Made by a program: the position numbers and the translations under genes. Shown here one piece after another: positions 9,286-18,749 of a stretch of 64,000 nt of DNA. The notes beneath the pieces are model-generated. The model did not search any database. It saw only the letters and a list, made by a program, of their open reading frames with translations, and was not told the DNA's origin. The stretch covers positions 2,142 through 66,141 of the forward strand of contig PZPC01000021.1 of the NCBI GenBank assembly GCA_003045895.1, written 5' to 3'. Position 1 is the first letter of the stretch; each line of letters starts with the position of its first letter. The DNA is from Bacteroidota bacterium (lineage in GTDB: Bacteria; Bacteroidota; Bacteroidia; Chitinophagales; Saprospiraceae).

Positions 9286-11082
9286 TTACTCTTCCGGCTT
9301 CAGATCGAACTTGCTTACCAATTCTTTTACGGCGGGGTTTTGCTCCACCATGGTCACGTACTTGTCACGGGGCGTGAGTGTTTTGGGTTTTTCCAACGGT
9401 TCTTCTTTGCGCAGGCTTGGATCAACAATGATTTTGAGCATGAGTCCGGGCGCTTTCAATTTCTGGCGGAGGACTTCCGTCAGGTCCGACTCGCTGCGGA
9501 TAGCTGCTTCCGTGAGGTTGGAACCGACCGTCGTGGTGATGGTCAGTTCCTCCACCGTCAATTGAACACTTTGTAGTTGGTAGCGTTGGCTATCGCGCTC
9601 AATGCCCAGCACGTAGGCATCCCAGGCGGCCTGAACGGTGGGCAAGTCGAGGATTTCCGTGGTTTCCACCACGATTTTATTTTCCGCTTTGAGTTGAGCC
9701 AACAGGCTGCGGGGATCCACTTTGCTCAGGGCATTGGCCACGGGCGGAACTGCATTTTTAGCAGTAGCGGAGGTAACGGCGGCTGGCGAAGGGGTGGCGG
9801 CTCCCGGTGGCGGTGTCTGCGCTGGCGCAGGCGGTGTCACCAGGGTGGTTGATGCAGGCGTAATGGGTAATTCTTCCGCAGGTTTTGTGGCCACCGGTTG
9901 GGCCACCGGGCTCCCGGGAAGTATTACGCTGGGGTCAGGTGTTTTTTTTTCCGCGATTTCCCCCAGGGGGAGTTCTGCCAGCCGAAAAGCGCGACCCACA
10001 CTGGCCATCTTAATTAGCGACATTTCCACGTGCAGCCGCTTATTGCGTGCCAGTTTAAAATTCAGGTCGCAATCGTTGGCCAGGTTGAGGGTGGTCAGGA
10101 TAAAGTCGGCCCCGCAGAGGCTGGCCTGCTGGCGGTAGCGTTCGCGCAGGTTATCGCTGGTGTCGAGTAGGCTGAGGGTTTGTTCGTCTTTGCAGACCAG
10201 CAAATTACGCAGGTGTTCAGCCAGGCCCGTCATGAAAAGGTCGCCGTCAAACCCCTTCCGTTGAATGTCATCGAAGATGAGGAGGGTCTGTTGGAGGTCT
10301 TCGCCGAGCAGGGCGTCCACCACCCGGAAAAAATAGTCGTAATCGAGGACGTTGAGGTTGGTGATGACGTCTTCGTAGGTGATCTGCTTGCCGGCGAAGG
10401 AGACGATCCGGTCAAAGATCGACAGGGCGTCGCGCAGGGCGCCATCGGCTTTCTGGCCAATGATGTGGAGCGCATCGGGGTCGGCCTGGATTCCCTCCTG
10501 AGCGCAGATACCCGCCAGGTGATCAACGATATCCGGCGCCTGAATGCGCTTGAAGTCGAAGATCTGGCAGCGGGAAAGGATGGTCGGAATGATCTTGTGC
10601 TTTTCCGTGGTAGCCAGGATAAAGATAGCGTAGGAAGGCGGCTCTTCGAGCGTCTTCAAAAAAGCGTTGAAGGCCGCTTGCGAGAGCATGTGAACCTCAT
10701 CGATGATGAACACCTTGTACTTACCTTGCTGGGGCTGAAAACGCACCTGCTCAATGAGGGCCCGAATGTGTTCGACCGAATTGTTCGAGGCGGCGTCGAG
10801 TTCGGTGATGTTGAAGGAAGCATTGTGGCTGAAGGACACACAGTTGTCGCAGGTGTTGCAGGGTTCAAAGTCGCTGGTCGGATTCAGGCAATTCAGGGTG
10901 GTCGCCAAAATGCGGGCACAGGTCGTTTTTCCTACTCCCCGCGGGCCGCAAAAGAGGAAGGCGTGTGCCAGGTGGTCGCTTTGCAGCGCATTCTTCAGCG
11001 TTTGGGACACGTGCTGCTGGCCCACCACCTCGTCAAAGCGATGGGGACGATATTTACGGGCCGAAACGACAAAGTTGCTCAT
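9286..11082 (-). CDS. dnaX: DNA polymerase III subunit gamma/tau
   Basis: 598 aa. It has KYRPHRFDEVVGQ, Walker A GPRGVGKTT, a zinc module CNTCDNC, IIDEVHML, and the sensor LSRCQ. A Pro/Ala/Thr-rich linker and a tau-type C-terminus follow. Confidence 0.95.
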   Translation of the reverse strand: MSNFVVSARKYRPHRFDEVVGQQHVSQTLKNALQSDHLAHAFLFCGPRGVGKTTCARILATTLNCLNPTSDFEPCNTCDNCVSFSHNASFNITELDAASNNSVEHIRALIEQVRFQPQQGKYKVFIIDEVHMLSQAAFNAFLKTLEEPPSYAIFILATTEKHKIIPTILSRCQIFDFKRIQAPDIVDHLAGICAQEGIQADPDALHIIGQKADGALRDALSIFDRIVSFAGKQITYEDVITNLNVLDYDYFFRVVDALLGEDLQQTLLIFDDIQRKGFDGDLFMTGLAEHLRNLLVCKDEQTLSLLDTSDNLRERYRQQASLCGADFILTTLNLANDCDLNFKLARNKRLHVEMSLIKMASVGRAFRLAELPLGEIAEKKTPDPSVILPGSPVAQPVATKPAEELPITPASTTLVTPPAPAQTPPPGAATPSPAAVTSATAKNAVPPVANALSKVDPRSLLAQLKAENKIVVETTEILDLPTVQAAWDAYVLGIERDSQRYQLQSVQLTVEELTITTTVGSNLTEAAIRSESDLTEVLRQKLKAPGLMLKIIVDPSLRKEEPLEKPKTLTPRDKYVTMVEQNPAVKELVSKFDLKPEE

Positions 11083-11111
11083 ACGTCAGTGGTTATTTAT
11101 CCCAAAGATAA

Positions 11112-11279
11112 TCAATAAAAATAGGTCTTTATCCACGCCCAATAATCATAGCGGTTTTTAAAGACCCAAACCACCACCGCCAGCGTAAAAAAAAAGGCCA
11201 CGAGTTTGGTGTTTCGCCAGACCACTGCATTTTTTTCCCGGGGGGATCGGTAGTTCCGTTTTCTGCTTTGGTAAGCCAT
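11112..11279 (-). CDS. Small single-pass membrane protein (hypothetical)
   Basis: The internal ATG of track ORF 11112..11360 gives the 55-aa MAYQSRKRNYRSPREKNAVVWRNTKLVAFFFTLAVVVWVFKNRYDYWAWIKTYFY, a basic N-terminus followed by one TM helix. The longer form would overlap the epimerase gene. It sits between mce and dnaX on the same strand. Confidence 0.35.
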   Translation of the reverse strand: MAYQSRKRNYRSPREKNAVVWRNTKLVAFFFTLAVVVWVFKNRYDYWAWIKTYFY

Positions 11280-11304
11280 AGGTATTAAAATTGAAGTTAC
11301 TTTT

Positions 11305-11706
11305 TTAAATGGGTTGGCACAATTCCACCAACACCCCGTTGGCTGATTTGGGGTGTACAAAACACACCAGCATATTGTCGGCCCCCTGCTTGGGTTGGTC
11401 GTTGAGCAACTGAAAGCCGGCCAGCCGCAAGCGTTCCATTTCGGCGCAGATGTCGGTTACCCGAAACGCAACGTGGTGGATACCTTCCCCTTTCTTGTCG
11501 ATGAATTTGGCAATAGCGCTTTCCTCGCTGGTAGCGGCCAGCAATTCCACCTTGGACTCCCCGGTTTGGAAAAAGGAGGTCAGCACGTGCTCGCTGGCTA
11601 CCGCCTCTTCTTTGTAGGGCGCTACCCCCAGTAGTGCGGTGTACAGGTCATTGGCAGCAGCCAAATTGCTGACGGCGATTCCGATGTGTTCGATTTTCAT
11701 GGACAA
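11305..11706 (-). CDS. mce: Methylmalonyl-CoA epimerase (VOC/glyoxalase fold)
   Basis: 133 aa. MKIEHIGIAV...EGIHHVAFRV...HPKSANGVLVEL is the typical pattern of this family. Confidence 0.8.
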   Translation of the reverse strand: MSMKIEHIGIAVSNLAAANDLYTALLGVAPYKEEAVASEHVLTSFFQTGESKVELLAATSEESAIAKFIDKKGEGIHHVAFRVTDICAEMERLRLAGFQLLNDQPKQGADNMLVCFVHPKSANGVLVELCQPI

Positions 11707-11886
11707 AATTTTGGCAAAGATAGGTCATTGTCGTTCGGCTAAAATGACCAGCGCCTTTTTTTTAATACCTACCAGATAAACTTAACTTATCTGCTGGTCT
11801 GAATAACAACCGGGCATTTTTCGTTGTTGTGATAGAGTTGGGTTAATTTTACCCTTTTATCTGGTCATTTTTTGTGGACAAAATAA

Positions 11887-13590
11887 TTGAAAACCGTGAT
11901 TCGATATAGTTTACTGTTGTTGTTGCTGGCCGTCTTGTCCTGTCCCGTCGTTGCGCAGGAACGCTTTTCTGAGGCGGAAGTCAACCAGGAAAAAATGTTC
12001 ATTGAGGCCAACCGCGAGAAACTGCTCGGCCACTTTGACAAGGCCATCACCATCCTCCGCGAGCTCCACCGGCAGCAGGGTGATAACGCGGCTATTACTT
12101 ACGAGCTGGGGCGGCTGCTACAGGCCGAGGGCCAGTTGGAGGAAGCCATCCGTTACCTCCAACTGGCGACTACCCTGGACCCCGCCAACGAATGGTACCC
12201 CAAGTTCCTGGCCGATATTTACCAGCAGGAAGGCCGCAATGCCGAAGGGGCAGCGCTGTACGAAAAGCTGGTTCAAAACTCCCCCAACGACGAATTCCTC
12301 TACTTTCGGTGGGCCTATTTCCTGGTGCGGGCCCAACAGGTGGACAAAGCCCTGAAGGTGTACGACGAACTGGAAAAGCGCGTCGGCCTGAACGAAGAAA
12401 TTGCCCGCCGCAAGCACACCCTCTACCTGGGCATGGGCGACACCAAACGCGCCAGCCGCGAGCTGGAACGCCTGGCCGAAGCCTTCCCCACGGCCATTGC
12501 TTACCAACACCTGCTCGCCGATTTCTACGAAAGCCAGGGCGACACCGCTGCGGCCCGCAAAGTGTACGAGCGGATCATCAGCCAGAACCCCTCCGATCCC
12601 CAGGCCCAACTGGCGCTGGCCGGTGGCTCCAATGTCCAGAACGACGAGCTACGCTACCTGGCCGACCTCCAGCCAGCCTTCGAACGCAGCGATGTCCCGA
12701 TTGATCAAAAGATCAGTAAGCTCTATCCGTTCATTACCAAAGTAGCCGCAACCGGTGACCGTGAATTGGCCGATGCTGCGTTGTTGTTGACCCAAATCAT
12801 GGAAGTCATTCACAGCAACGAAGCCAAGCCTTTTGCCGCCGCTGGCGACTTGTACTACCACTCCGGCCGGCCCCAGGAAGCGATTGCCAAGTACCGCGAG
12901 ACCTTGGAGCGCGACGAGAACGTCTTCCCCGTTTGGGAACAACTGCTGGTATCTCTCTACGAAACGGGGGATACCAAAGGCTTGTACCAGACCGCCAACG
13001 CTGCCCTTGATGTATTTCCCAACCGGGCAATTATTCAGTACTATTTGGCCATCGCGGCCATACAACAAGGCAACTATACCGAAGCCCTCGATGCGATCAG
13101 CCTGGCCGAACTCATGAGCGGTCGCGACCCCGAGCTGCTGTCAGCCGCCAAAGCCCTTGCCGGAGAAGTGTATAGCTACCAAAAGAAAGCTGCCGACGCT
13201 GCGGCAGCTTTTGCGAAAGCCCTGACCCTGGCCCCCCGGTCACCGGAAGTCAACTACCGCTACAGCCAGTATATGTTGGCCCAAAACCAGCTTCCAGCCG
13301 CGAAAAACGCAGCCCGGATCGCTGTAGATGCCGCCAGCGACAATCCCTACTACGCTTACGGAATGGCGCGGATCCTATACGAAGAAAAGGCCTACGACCA
13401 GGCGGAGCAGCAGCTCGCCGAAGCCCGCAAAAATGGCGCCCGCTACTGGGCCAGTGCCCTGGAACTCTCGGGCGATGTCCAGTTTCAACTCAACCAGGTT
13501 GAAAAAGCCGTTGAGTATTGGCAACAGGCCAAAGTACTAGCCGGTGCCAATCCACGTTTGGATATTAAAATAACTAATCGCAGCTTATGA
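11887..13590 (+). CDS. Secreted tetratricopeptide-repeat protein
   Basis: 567 aa with a signal peptide (LLLLLLAVLSCPVVAQ). Repeated 34-residue A/Y/L-rich units run throughout (e.g. AITYELGRLLQAEGQLEEAIRYLQLATTLDPAN). The start is a TTG; a GTG three codons downstream is an alternative. Confidence 0.8.
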   Translation: MKTVIRYSLLLLLLAVLSCPVVAQERFSEAEVNQEKMFIEANREKLLGHFDKAITILRELHRQQGDNAAITYELGRLLQAEGQLEEAIRYLQLATTLDPANEWYPKFLADIYQQEGRNAEGAALYEKLVQNSPNDEFLYFRWAYFLVRAQQVDKALKVYDELEKRVGLNEEIARRKHTLYLGMGDTKRASRELERLAEAFPTAIAYQHLLADFYESQGDTAAARKVYERIISQNPSDPQAQLALAGGSNVQNDELRYLADLQPAFERSDVPIDQKISKLYPFITKVAATGDRELADAALLLTQIMEVIHSNEAKPFAAAGDLYYHSGRPQEAIAKYRETLERDENVFPVWEQLLVSLYETGDTKGLYQTANAALDVFPNRAIIQYYLAIAAIQQGNYTEALDAISLAELMSGRDPELLSAAKALAGEVYSYQKKAADAAAAFAKALTLAPRSPEVNYRYSQYMLAQNQLPAAKNAARIAVDAASDNPYYAYGMARILYEEKAYDQAEQQLAEARKNGARYWASALELSGDVQFQLNQVEKAVEYWQQAKVLAGANPRLDIKITNRSL

Positions 13591-14384
13591 GCACTCTTCG
13601 TCTTTTTCGCACCCTCTTGGGTACCTTCTTGTTAGCAGGTGCCCTTCTGGGCAGTGGCTGTAACACCCAAAAGAAAGTGACGGACACCACCGTAGCGGCC
13701 CCGGCAGCTACCGCCGCCAACACCTTCATGAACACCATGGTACGCAACCAGGTGCAGGCCGACTGGCTCAGTGGCAGCGCCCGGCTCTCCTTCGATGATG
13801 GCAGCACCTCGGTAGGCGCCACGGCCAATATCATTATGCAAAAAGACCAGGCCATCTGGATGAGCGTCAAGAAATTTGGCTTCGAGCTGGCCCGGGCCAT
13901 GATCACGCCAGATTCCATCTTCATCCTGGACCGGATCAACAACGAATACGCGGCCGAACCCCTGAGCTACGTAGCAGAGCGCTTTAAGTTGCCTGCTGAT
14001 CTGGCCCTTCTGCAGCAGTTGCTGCTCGGCAATCCGGTGTTCCTGACCACCGCCAACGCCAAAGCCGATGCCCAGGAAGCGCAACTCCGCTGGTCGGCGC
14101 AGGAAGGCGATACCCGCAACGATTTCTGGTATACCCTGCCCGGCTACCAGCTGGACCGCATGGAGGTACAGCAAGCCCAACAGGGCCGCAACCTGGCTAT
14201 TCAATTGCTAAATTACCAGGACGCCGGTACCAATCGCGATTTTTCTTACCTTCGTAAAATTACGGTGAACAGTAAGGAAACTGGTGCCGCTGAAATAGAA
14301 TTACAATTTACCAAAATTGAGCTCAACGTTCCTACAACCATTAGCTTCGATATTCCACCCCGCTACCAAAAGATGGCTAAGTAG
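13587..14384 (+). CDS. DUF4292-like lipoprotein
   Basis: 265 aa with lipobox LLGSGCN. There is a 4-nt overlap with the TPR gene stop. The family call and the usual TPR / DUF4292 / M23 neighbourhood come from memory of Bacteroidota genomes. Confidence 0.6.
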   Translation: MSTLRLFRTLLGTFLLAGALLGSGCNTQKKVTDTTVAAPAATAANTFMNTMVRNQVQADWLSGSARLSFDDGSTSVGATANIIMQKDQAIWMSVKKFGFELARAMITPDSIFILDRINNEYAAEPLSYVAERFKLPADLALLQQLLLGNPVFLTTANAKADAQEAQLRWSAQEGDTRNDFWYTLPGYQLDRMEVQQAQQGRNLAIQLLNYQDAGTNRDFSYLRKITVNSKETGAAEIELQFTKIELNVPTTISFDIPPRYQKMAK

Positions 14385-15591
14385 CCTCCTCTTGGTATGG
14401 GTGCTGGGCGGTGTGGCGTGCCCCTTGCACGCGCAGTCGGCCAGCGACCTGAAGTCGAAGCGGGAGCAGCTGCTGGCCGAAATCAAGGCCAACACCCGCC
14501 GGCTCACCAACACCCGCCGCGACCAGGCCGCGACGCTGGAACAGCTGGCGTTGCTGCAACAGCAAATCCGCAATCGGGAACAACTCATCGTCACCCTCCA
14601 ACAGGAAATCGGGCAAACCGATGCCAATATTTTGCGCACCACCGAGGTCGTGGGCGCGCTCAGCGAAGACGTCACCCGCCTGGGCAATGAATACAGCCAC
14701 CTCATGCGGGCGGCTTACCGGGCCCGGCTGCAGAACAGCTGGCTCAAATTCCTGCTCTCCTCGCGGAGCTTCAACGAAGCTTTCCGCCGTTGGCAGTACC
14801 TCCGCCAGTACCAGCGCTTCCGCAGCCGCCAGGCCAAACTCATCGTCGCCACCCAGCATACCCTGCAGGACAAATTGGGCCAGCTCAATAAACGCCGCCA
14901 GGAAAAGGAAGACCTCCTGCGCACCCAACAAAACCAAAAGCAAGCCATCGGCCGTGAAAAATCCACCCAGGACCAGCTGCTCGGCCGCCTGAAAGCCAGC
15001 GAGTCGACGATCCTGACGGAAATGAAACGGCAGGAAGCAGCCAAAGAAGAACTGAACCGCTCCATTGAAAACGCCATCGCCGCCGAAATGGCCCGGATGC
15101 GACGCGAAGAACGCACCACCCGCACCACCACCACTACCACCACCACTACGGCCGCGGCCAGCCCCAGCACGGCTAGTAGTACGGCACCGGCATCGGGAAA
15201 TTTCAGCGCCCTGCGCGGTCGGTTGCCCTGGCCCGTCAACGGGCCCATCGTCAAGCATTTTGGCCGCCAGCCCCACCCGACGGTCAAGGGAGTAGAGATT
15301 TCCAACAACGGCATCGACATCAATGTGACGGGGAATACGGCCGTCAAATCGGTAGCCGACGGCGTGGTAGTGAGCACCCATTTTGTTCCCGGCTACCGCA
15401 ACATGATCCTGGTGCGGCACGGCGACTACTACACGGTGTACTCCAACCTGGAAACCATCCGGGTCAGCAGTGGCAATCCCCTCACCGCCGGCCAGGATAT
15501 TGGCGAGATGGGCAGCCAGGGCGGCGCCCTCCACTTCGAAGTCTGGCGCCAGAAAGAACGGCTGAATCCGGAGCAGTGGATTGGGAAGTAG
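14317..15591 (+). CDS. M23/LytM peptidase with EnvC-like coiled coil (murein hydrolase activator-like)
   Basis: 424 aa with a signal peptide, a long Gln/Leu/Arg coiled coil, a poly-Thr linker (RTTRTTTTTTTTAAAS) and a C-terminal M23 domain (GIDINV...ALHFEVW). ATG 14317 is the only in-frame ATG ahead of the hydrophobic core. It gives a 68-nt overlap with the upstream gene, so the exact start is uncertain. Confidence 0.85.
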   Translation: MSSTFLQPLASIFHPATKRWLSSLLLVWVLGGVACPLHAQSASDLKSKREQLLAEIKANTRRLTNTRRDQAATLEQLALLQQQIRNREQLIVTLQQEIGQTDANILRTTEVVGALSEDVTRLGNEYSHLMRAAYRARLQNSWLKFLLSSRSFNEAFRRWQYLRQYQRFRSRQAKLIVATQHTLQDKLGQLNKRRQEKEDLLRTQQNQKQAIGREKSTQDQLLGRLKASESTILTEMKRQEAAKEELNRSIENAIAAEMARMRREERTTRTTTTTTTTTAAASPSTASSTAPASGNFSALRGRLPWPVNGPIVKHFGRQPHPTVKGVEISNNGIDINVTGNTAVKSVADGVVVSTHFVPGYRNMILVRHGDYYTVYSNLETIRVSSGNPLTAGQDIGEMGSQGGALHFEVWRQKERLNPEQWIGK

Positions 15592-15621
15592 GTCCGGTTC
15601 CACTAAACGAATGTCCCCCTC

Positions 15622-16764
15622 GTGATCATCACCCTCCTCCAAATTTCACTCCTCCTTTTAGCCGCTGCTTACGCCGGGGTATTGTGGGGGATCGCCCGCA
15701 GTTGGCGCCGCCAGGTTGCAGCACCGCTGGCAGCCGCAGCCCAGGAAACGAACCTGCCCTTGCTTACCGTCCTCATCCCGGCCCGAAACGAGGCCGCGGG
15801 GATTGAGCAGTGTATACACGCGGTGTTGGCACAAGACTACCCCCGGGAATTGCTGGAAGTGATCGTCATCGACGACCATTCGACGGACACCACGGCAGCG
15901 CTGGTAACGGCGCTGGCCGATGATCGCGTACAATTGCTGCGACTGTCGGACATACCAGGTTCCCCGACGGGCAAAAAAGCGGCCCTGCAGGCAGGTATTG
16001 ACCAGGGCCGGGGAGCATTTATCGTTACCACCGATGCCGACTGCCGGGCGCCGGCGGGGTGGCTGCGGGCGTTTGCCCGGGCACGGGCGCAAGGCTACGA
16101 GATGGTGCTGGCGCCGGTAAGCATAGCCTATTCCCCCGGCTTGCTGACCGCCTGGCAGGGCCTGGACGTAGCGGGCACGATGCTCCTGACCGGGGCCGCG
16201 GCAGCCAGCGGGAAGCCGCTGCTGGCCAACGGAGCAAATTTTGGGTTTACCCCAACCTTCTTTGCGGCACTGGGCGGCTACACCGGCAACGACCACCGGG
16301 CCTCGGGTGACGACCTCTTTCTGCTGCAGAAGGCCGTGGCGCAGCGGCCCGCAGCGCTCACTTTTCTGTACGTTGCCGAAGCCCTCGTCACAACGGCGGC
16401 GGCGCCTACCTGGTGCTCGCTCTTTTGGCAGCGCCTGCGGTGGGCTGCCAAAACAACGGCTTACCGCGATCGGCGGCTGGTAGCCTTCCAGGCGGCGGTG
16501 TACTTGCTCTGTGCGTCCTTGTGCCTGGGTTTGGCCGTGGCCTGGTGGTTTCCCGGTGTTTGCGCCGCGCTATTGGCAAGCTGGCTGATCAAGCTGGGGG
16601 CCGACTTTTTCTTCCTCCGCTACGCTTGCCGGCAAGTAGGCGACCGCCGGTGGCTGCGCTGGTTCTTGCTGGCCCAACCCTTGCATACGGGCTACGTTTT
16701 TCTGGTGGGTAGCCTGGCCTTACTGCCCATCCACTTCTATTGGAAAGGCCGCCGGGTGAAATGA
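15622..16764 (+). CDS. Family 2 glycosyltransferase, processive type, membrane-integrated
   Basis: 380 aa with a GTG start. It has VLIPARNE...VIVIDDHSTD, TDADC and the Q-x-x-R-W motif (QRLRWA). There are N- and C-terminal TM helices. Confidence 0.8.
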   Translation: MIITLLQISLLLLAAAYAGVLWGIARSWRRQVAAPLAAAAQETNLPLLTVLIPARNEAAGIEQCIHAVLAQDYPRELLEVIVIDDHSTDTTAALVTALADDRVQLLRLSDIPGSPTGKKAALQAGIDQGRGAFIVTTDADCRAPAGWLRAFARARAQGYEMVLAPVSIAYSPGLLTAWQGLDVAGTMLLTGAAAASGKPLLANGANFGFTPTFFAALGGYTGNDHRASGDDLFLLQKAVAQRPAALTFLYVAEALVTTAAAPTWCSLFWQRLRWAAKTTAYRDRRLVAFQAAVYLLCASLCLGLAVAWWFPGVCAALLASWLIKLGADFFFLRYACRQVGDRRWLRWFLLAQPLHTGYVFLVGSLALLPIHFYWKGRRVK

Positions 16765-16835
16765 GCCCGACAATAAATTTATTCTATATTTGTAGCAAAG
16801 TGGCGTTGTTTTTGCCCCACTACAAAGGTTAATGT

Positions 16836-17582
16836 ATGATTTATGCTTCCCTGCTCAACGCCCACAAAAGGCGCGAAAAACAGTTAGCCGTTCTGATTGA
16901 TCCGGATAAAACCAACCGCCAAGCCATCATACAGTTGTGTGAACTGGCCGGGCAGGGTGGGGTGAGTTACTTTCTGTGGGGAGGTAGCCTCGTCAATGAG
17001 ATCCAGGCGGAATATTACCTGTCGTTGCTGCGGGCCCATACCCAGCTACCCATCATCTTGTTTCCGGGGAGTATCTACCAGCTTTCGGCCCAGGCAGACG
17101 CCCTCCTCTTTTTGTCGATGATCTCGGGCCGCAACCCCGAGTTGCTTATTGGCCAACACGTGTTGGCGGCACCGCGGATCAAGCGGATGAAGCTGGAAGT
17201 GATTGCCACCAGTTACCTTTACATTGATGGTGGCCGACCGAGTTCGGTGGGCTACATGAGCAATACCCAACCCATTCCGGCCGACAAGCCCGAAATTGCA
17301 CGGGCCACGGCCCTGGCCGGTAAATACCTGGGGCATAAGATTGTCTACCTCGATGCGGGTAGTGGCGCGCTGAACCCCGTCAGCCCGGAGATGATTGCGG
17401 CGGTGCGCCACGAAACCGAAGACTTGCCCCTCATCATCGGTGGCGGTATCCGCACACCTGCCCAGGCTGAGCAGGCTTTTACCGCTGGTGCCGATTGTAT
17501 TGTCGTAGGCAATAGCCTGGAAGAAGATCCCCAACTGCTGCCGCTGCTCGCGGAAGTCGTGAAAGGAATTACCGTACCTTAA
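16836..17582 (+). CDS. Geranylgeranylglyceryl / heptaprenylglyceryl phosphate synthase family (PcrB/GGGPS-like)
   Basis: 248 aa TIM-barrel pattern: LIDPDK near the N-terminus, YLDAGSG, and GGGIRTPAQAEQAFTAGADCIVVGN at the C-terminus. Confidence 0.8.
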   Translation: MIYASLLNAHKRREKQLAVLIDPDKTNRQAIIQLCELAGQGGVSYFLWGGSLVNEIQAEYYLSLLRAHTQLPIILFPGSIYQLSAQADALLFLSMISGRNPELLIGQHVLAAPRIKRMKLEVIATSYLYIDGGRPSSVGYMSNTQPIPADKPEIARATALAGKYLGHKIVYLDAGSGALNPVSPEMIAAVRHETEDLPLIIGGGIRTPAQAEQAFTAGADCIVVGNSLEEDPQLLPLLAEVVKGITVP

Positions 17583-17584
17583 CC

Positions 17585-18712
17585 ATGGACAACCAGGACC
17601 ACCTCCACAAATGGCGACTCATCCTGGGCGGCAAAGCCGACCCCGAAGGAGAAGTAGAACTCGGCGGCGACCTACAAGGTATGAGCGACACCCTCGACGC
17701 CCTCTACGATAGCGAAAAAAAAGGCGGTCTGGGTGCATCCGTGCCCAATGTCAACCGCTGGCTGGGCGACATTCGCCGGTATTTTCCTACGCCGGTCGTA
17801 CAGATTATGCAACGCGACGCCCTGGAACGGCTGGGCCTGGCCCGCATGTTGCTGGAACCCGAGTTGCTGGCTTCCGTGGTGCCCGATGTGCACCTGGTGG
17901 GCACCCTGCTGAGTTTGGCCAAGACCCTCCCCGACCGCAGCAAGGAAACCGCCCGCCAGCTGGTGCGCCAGGTGACCGACCAACTGGAGCAGCGCCTGCG
18001 GCAGCCCCTGCTACAGGCCATTCGGGGGAGCCTGCACCGCGCCGCCCGCACCCGCCGCCCGCGCCCGGGCGATATCGACTGGAACCAGACCATTCGCGCC
18101 AACCTCAAGCATTACCAACCCGACTACCAGACCATCATTCCCGTAGATCTGCGCGGCTACGCCCGCCGGCAGAACCAATTGCGCCACCTTATTCTCCTCA
18201 TCGACCAGAGTGGCTCGATGGCCGATAGCGTGGTCCACGCCGGGGTGATCAGCTGCGTCATGGCCAGCTTGCGGAGCGTCCAGACCCAGGTGGTGGCGTT
18301 TGATACCAGCGTCACCGATCTTACCGAATTCCTCACCGACCCCGTGGAGCTCCTTTTTGCAACCCAGCTCGGTGGCGGTACCGACATCAACCAGGCCCTC
18401 GCTTACGGCGAGCAGCTCGTGACCCGCCCGCGGGATACCATCTTCGTGCTGCTCAGCGACCTGTTCGAAGGGGGTAACGTGTCGGAAATGTTTCGCCGCA
18501 TCGCCCGCCTGCAAGCTACGGGCCTGCAGTTTATCTGCCTGTTGGCGCTCAACAACGAGGGAGCCGGGGTTTACGACCACCAGCACGCCCAGCAATTACA
18601 CCAAATGGGTATCCCGGCCTTTGCCTGCACCCCCGACCGGTTTCCGGAGCTCATGGCGGCGGCCATCCTGCGCGAAGATTTGGCGCATTGGAACCCTACC
18701 GAGGCGGAATAA
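17585..18712 (+). CDS. VWA domain protein (CoxE-like)
   Basis: 375 aa with a KWRLILGG N-terminus. The MIDAS motif DQSGSM is followed by a Rossmann-like VWA fold (VVAFDT...GGGTDI...LLSDLFEG). The start lies 2 nt after the upstream stop. Confidence 0.8.
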   Translation: MDNQDHLHKWRLILGGKADPEGEVELGGDLQGMSDTLDALYDSEKKGGLGASVPNVNRWLGDIRRYFPTPVVQIMQRDALERLGLARMLLEPELLASVVPDVHLVGTLLSLAKTLPDRSKETARQLVRQVTDQLEQRLRQPLLQAIRGSLHRAARTRRPRPGDIDWNQTIRANLKHYQPDYQTIIPVDLRGYARRQNQLRHLILLIDQSGSMADSVVHAGVISCVMASLRSVQTQVVAFDTSVTDLTEFLTDPVELLFATQLGGGTDINQALAYGEQLVTRPRDTIFVLLSDLFEGGNVSEMFRRIARLQATGLQFICLLALNNEGAGVYDHQHAQQLHQMGIPAFACTPDRFPELMAAAILREDLAHWNPTEAE

Positions 18713-18749
18713 GTGACGGGATAAAAATAGCGCCTGCCGCGCCACGCGG

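Noticed and set aside
14317-14384. A 68-nt overlap between the DUF4292-like and M23 genes, considered as a possible recoding site.
   Set aside because: A mis-called start is the most economical explanation, for example a non-ATG initiator nearer the KRW...LLLVWVL signal peptide. There is no slippery sequence.
15115-15150. Low-complexity coding tracts: poly-Thr in the M23 protein, poly-Lys at 47221-47250 in the HD protein, and poly-Asp at 45060-45140.
   Set aside because: These are in-frame interdomain linkers or tails, consistent with disordered regions. There is no evidence of repeat-mediated variation or a separate function.
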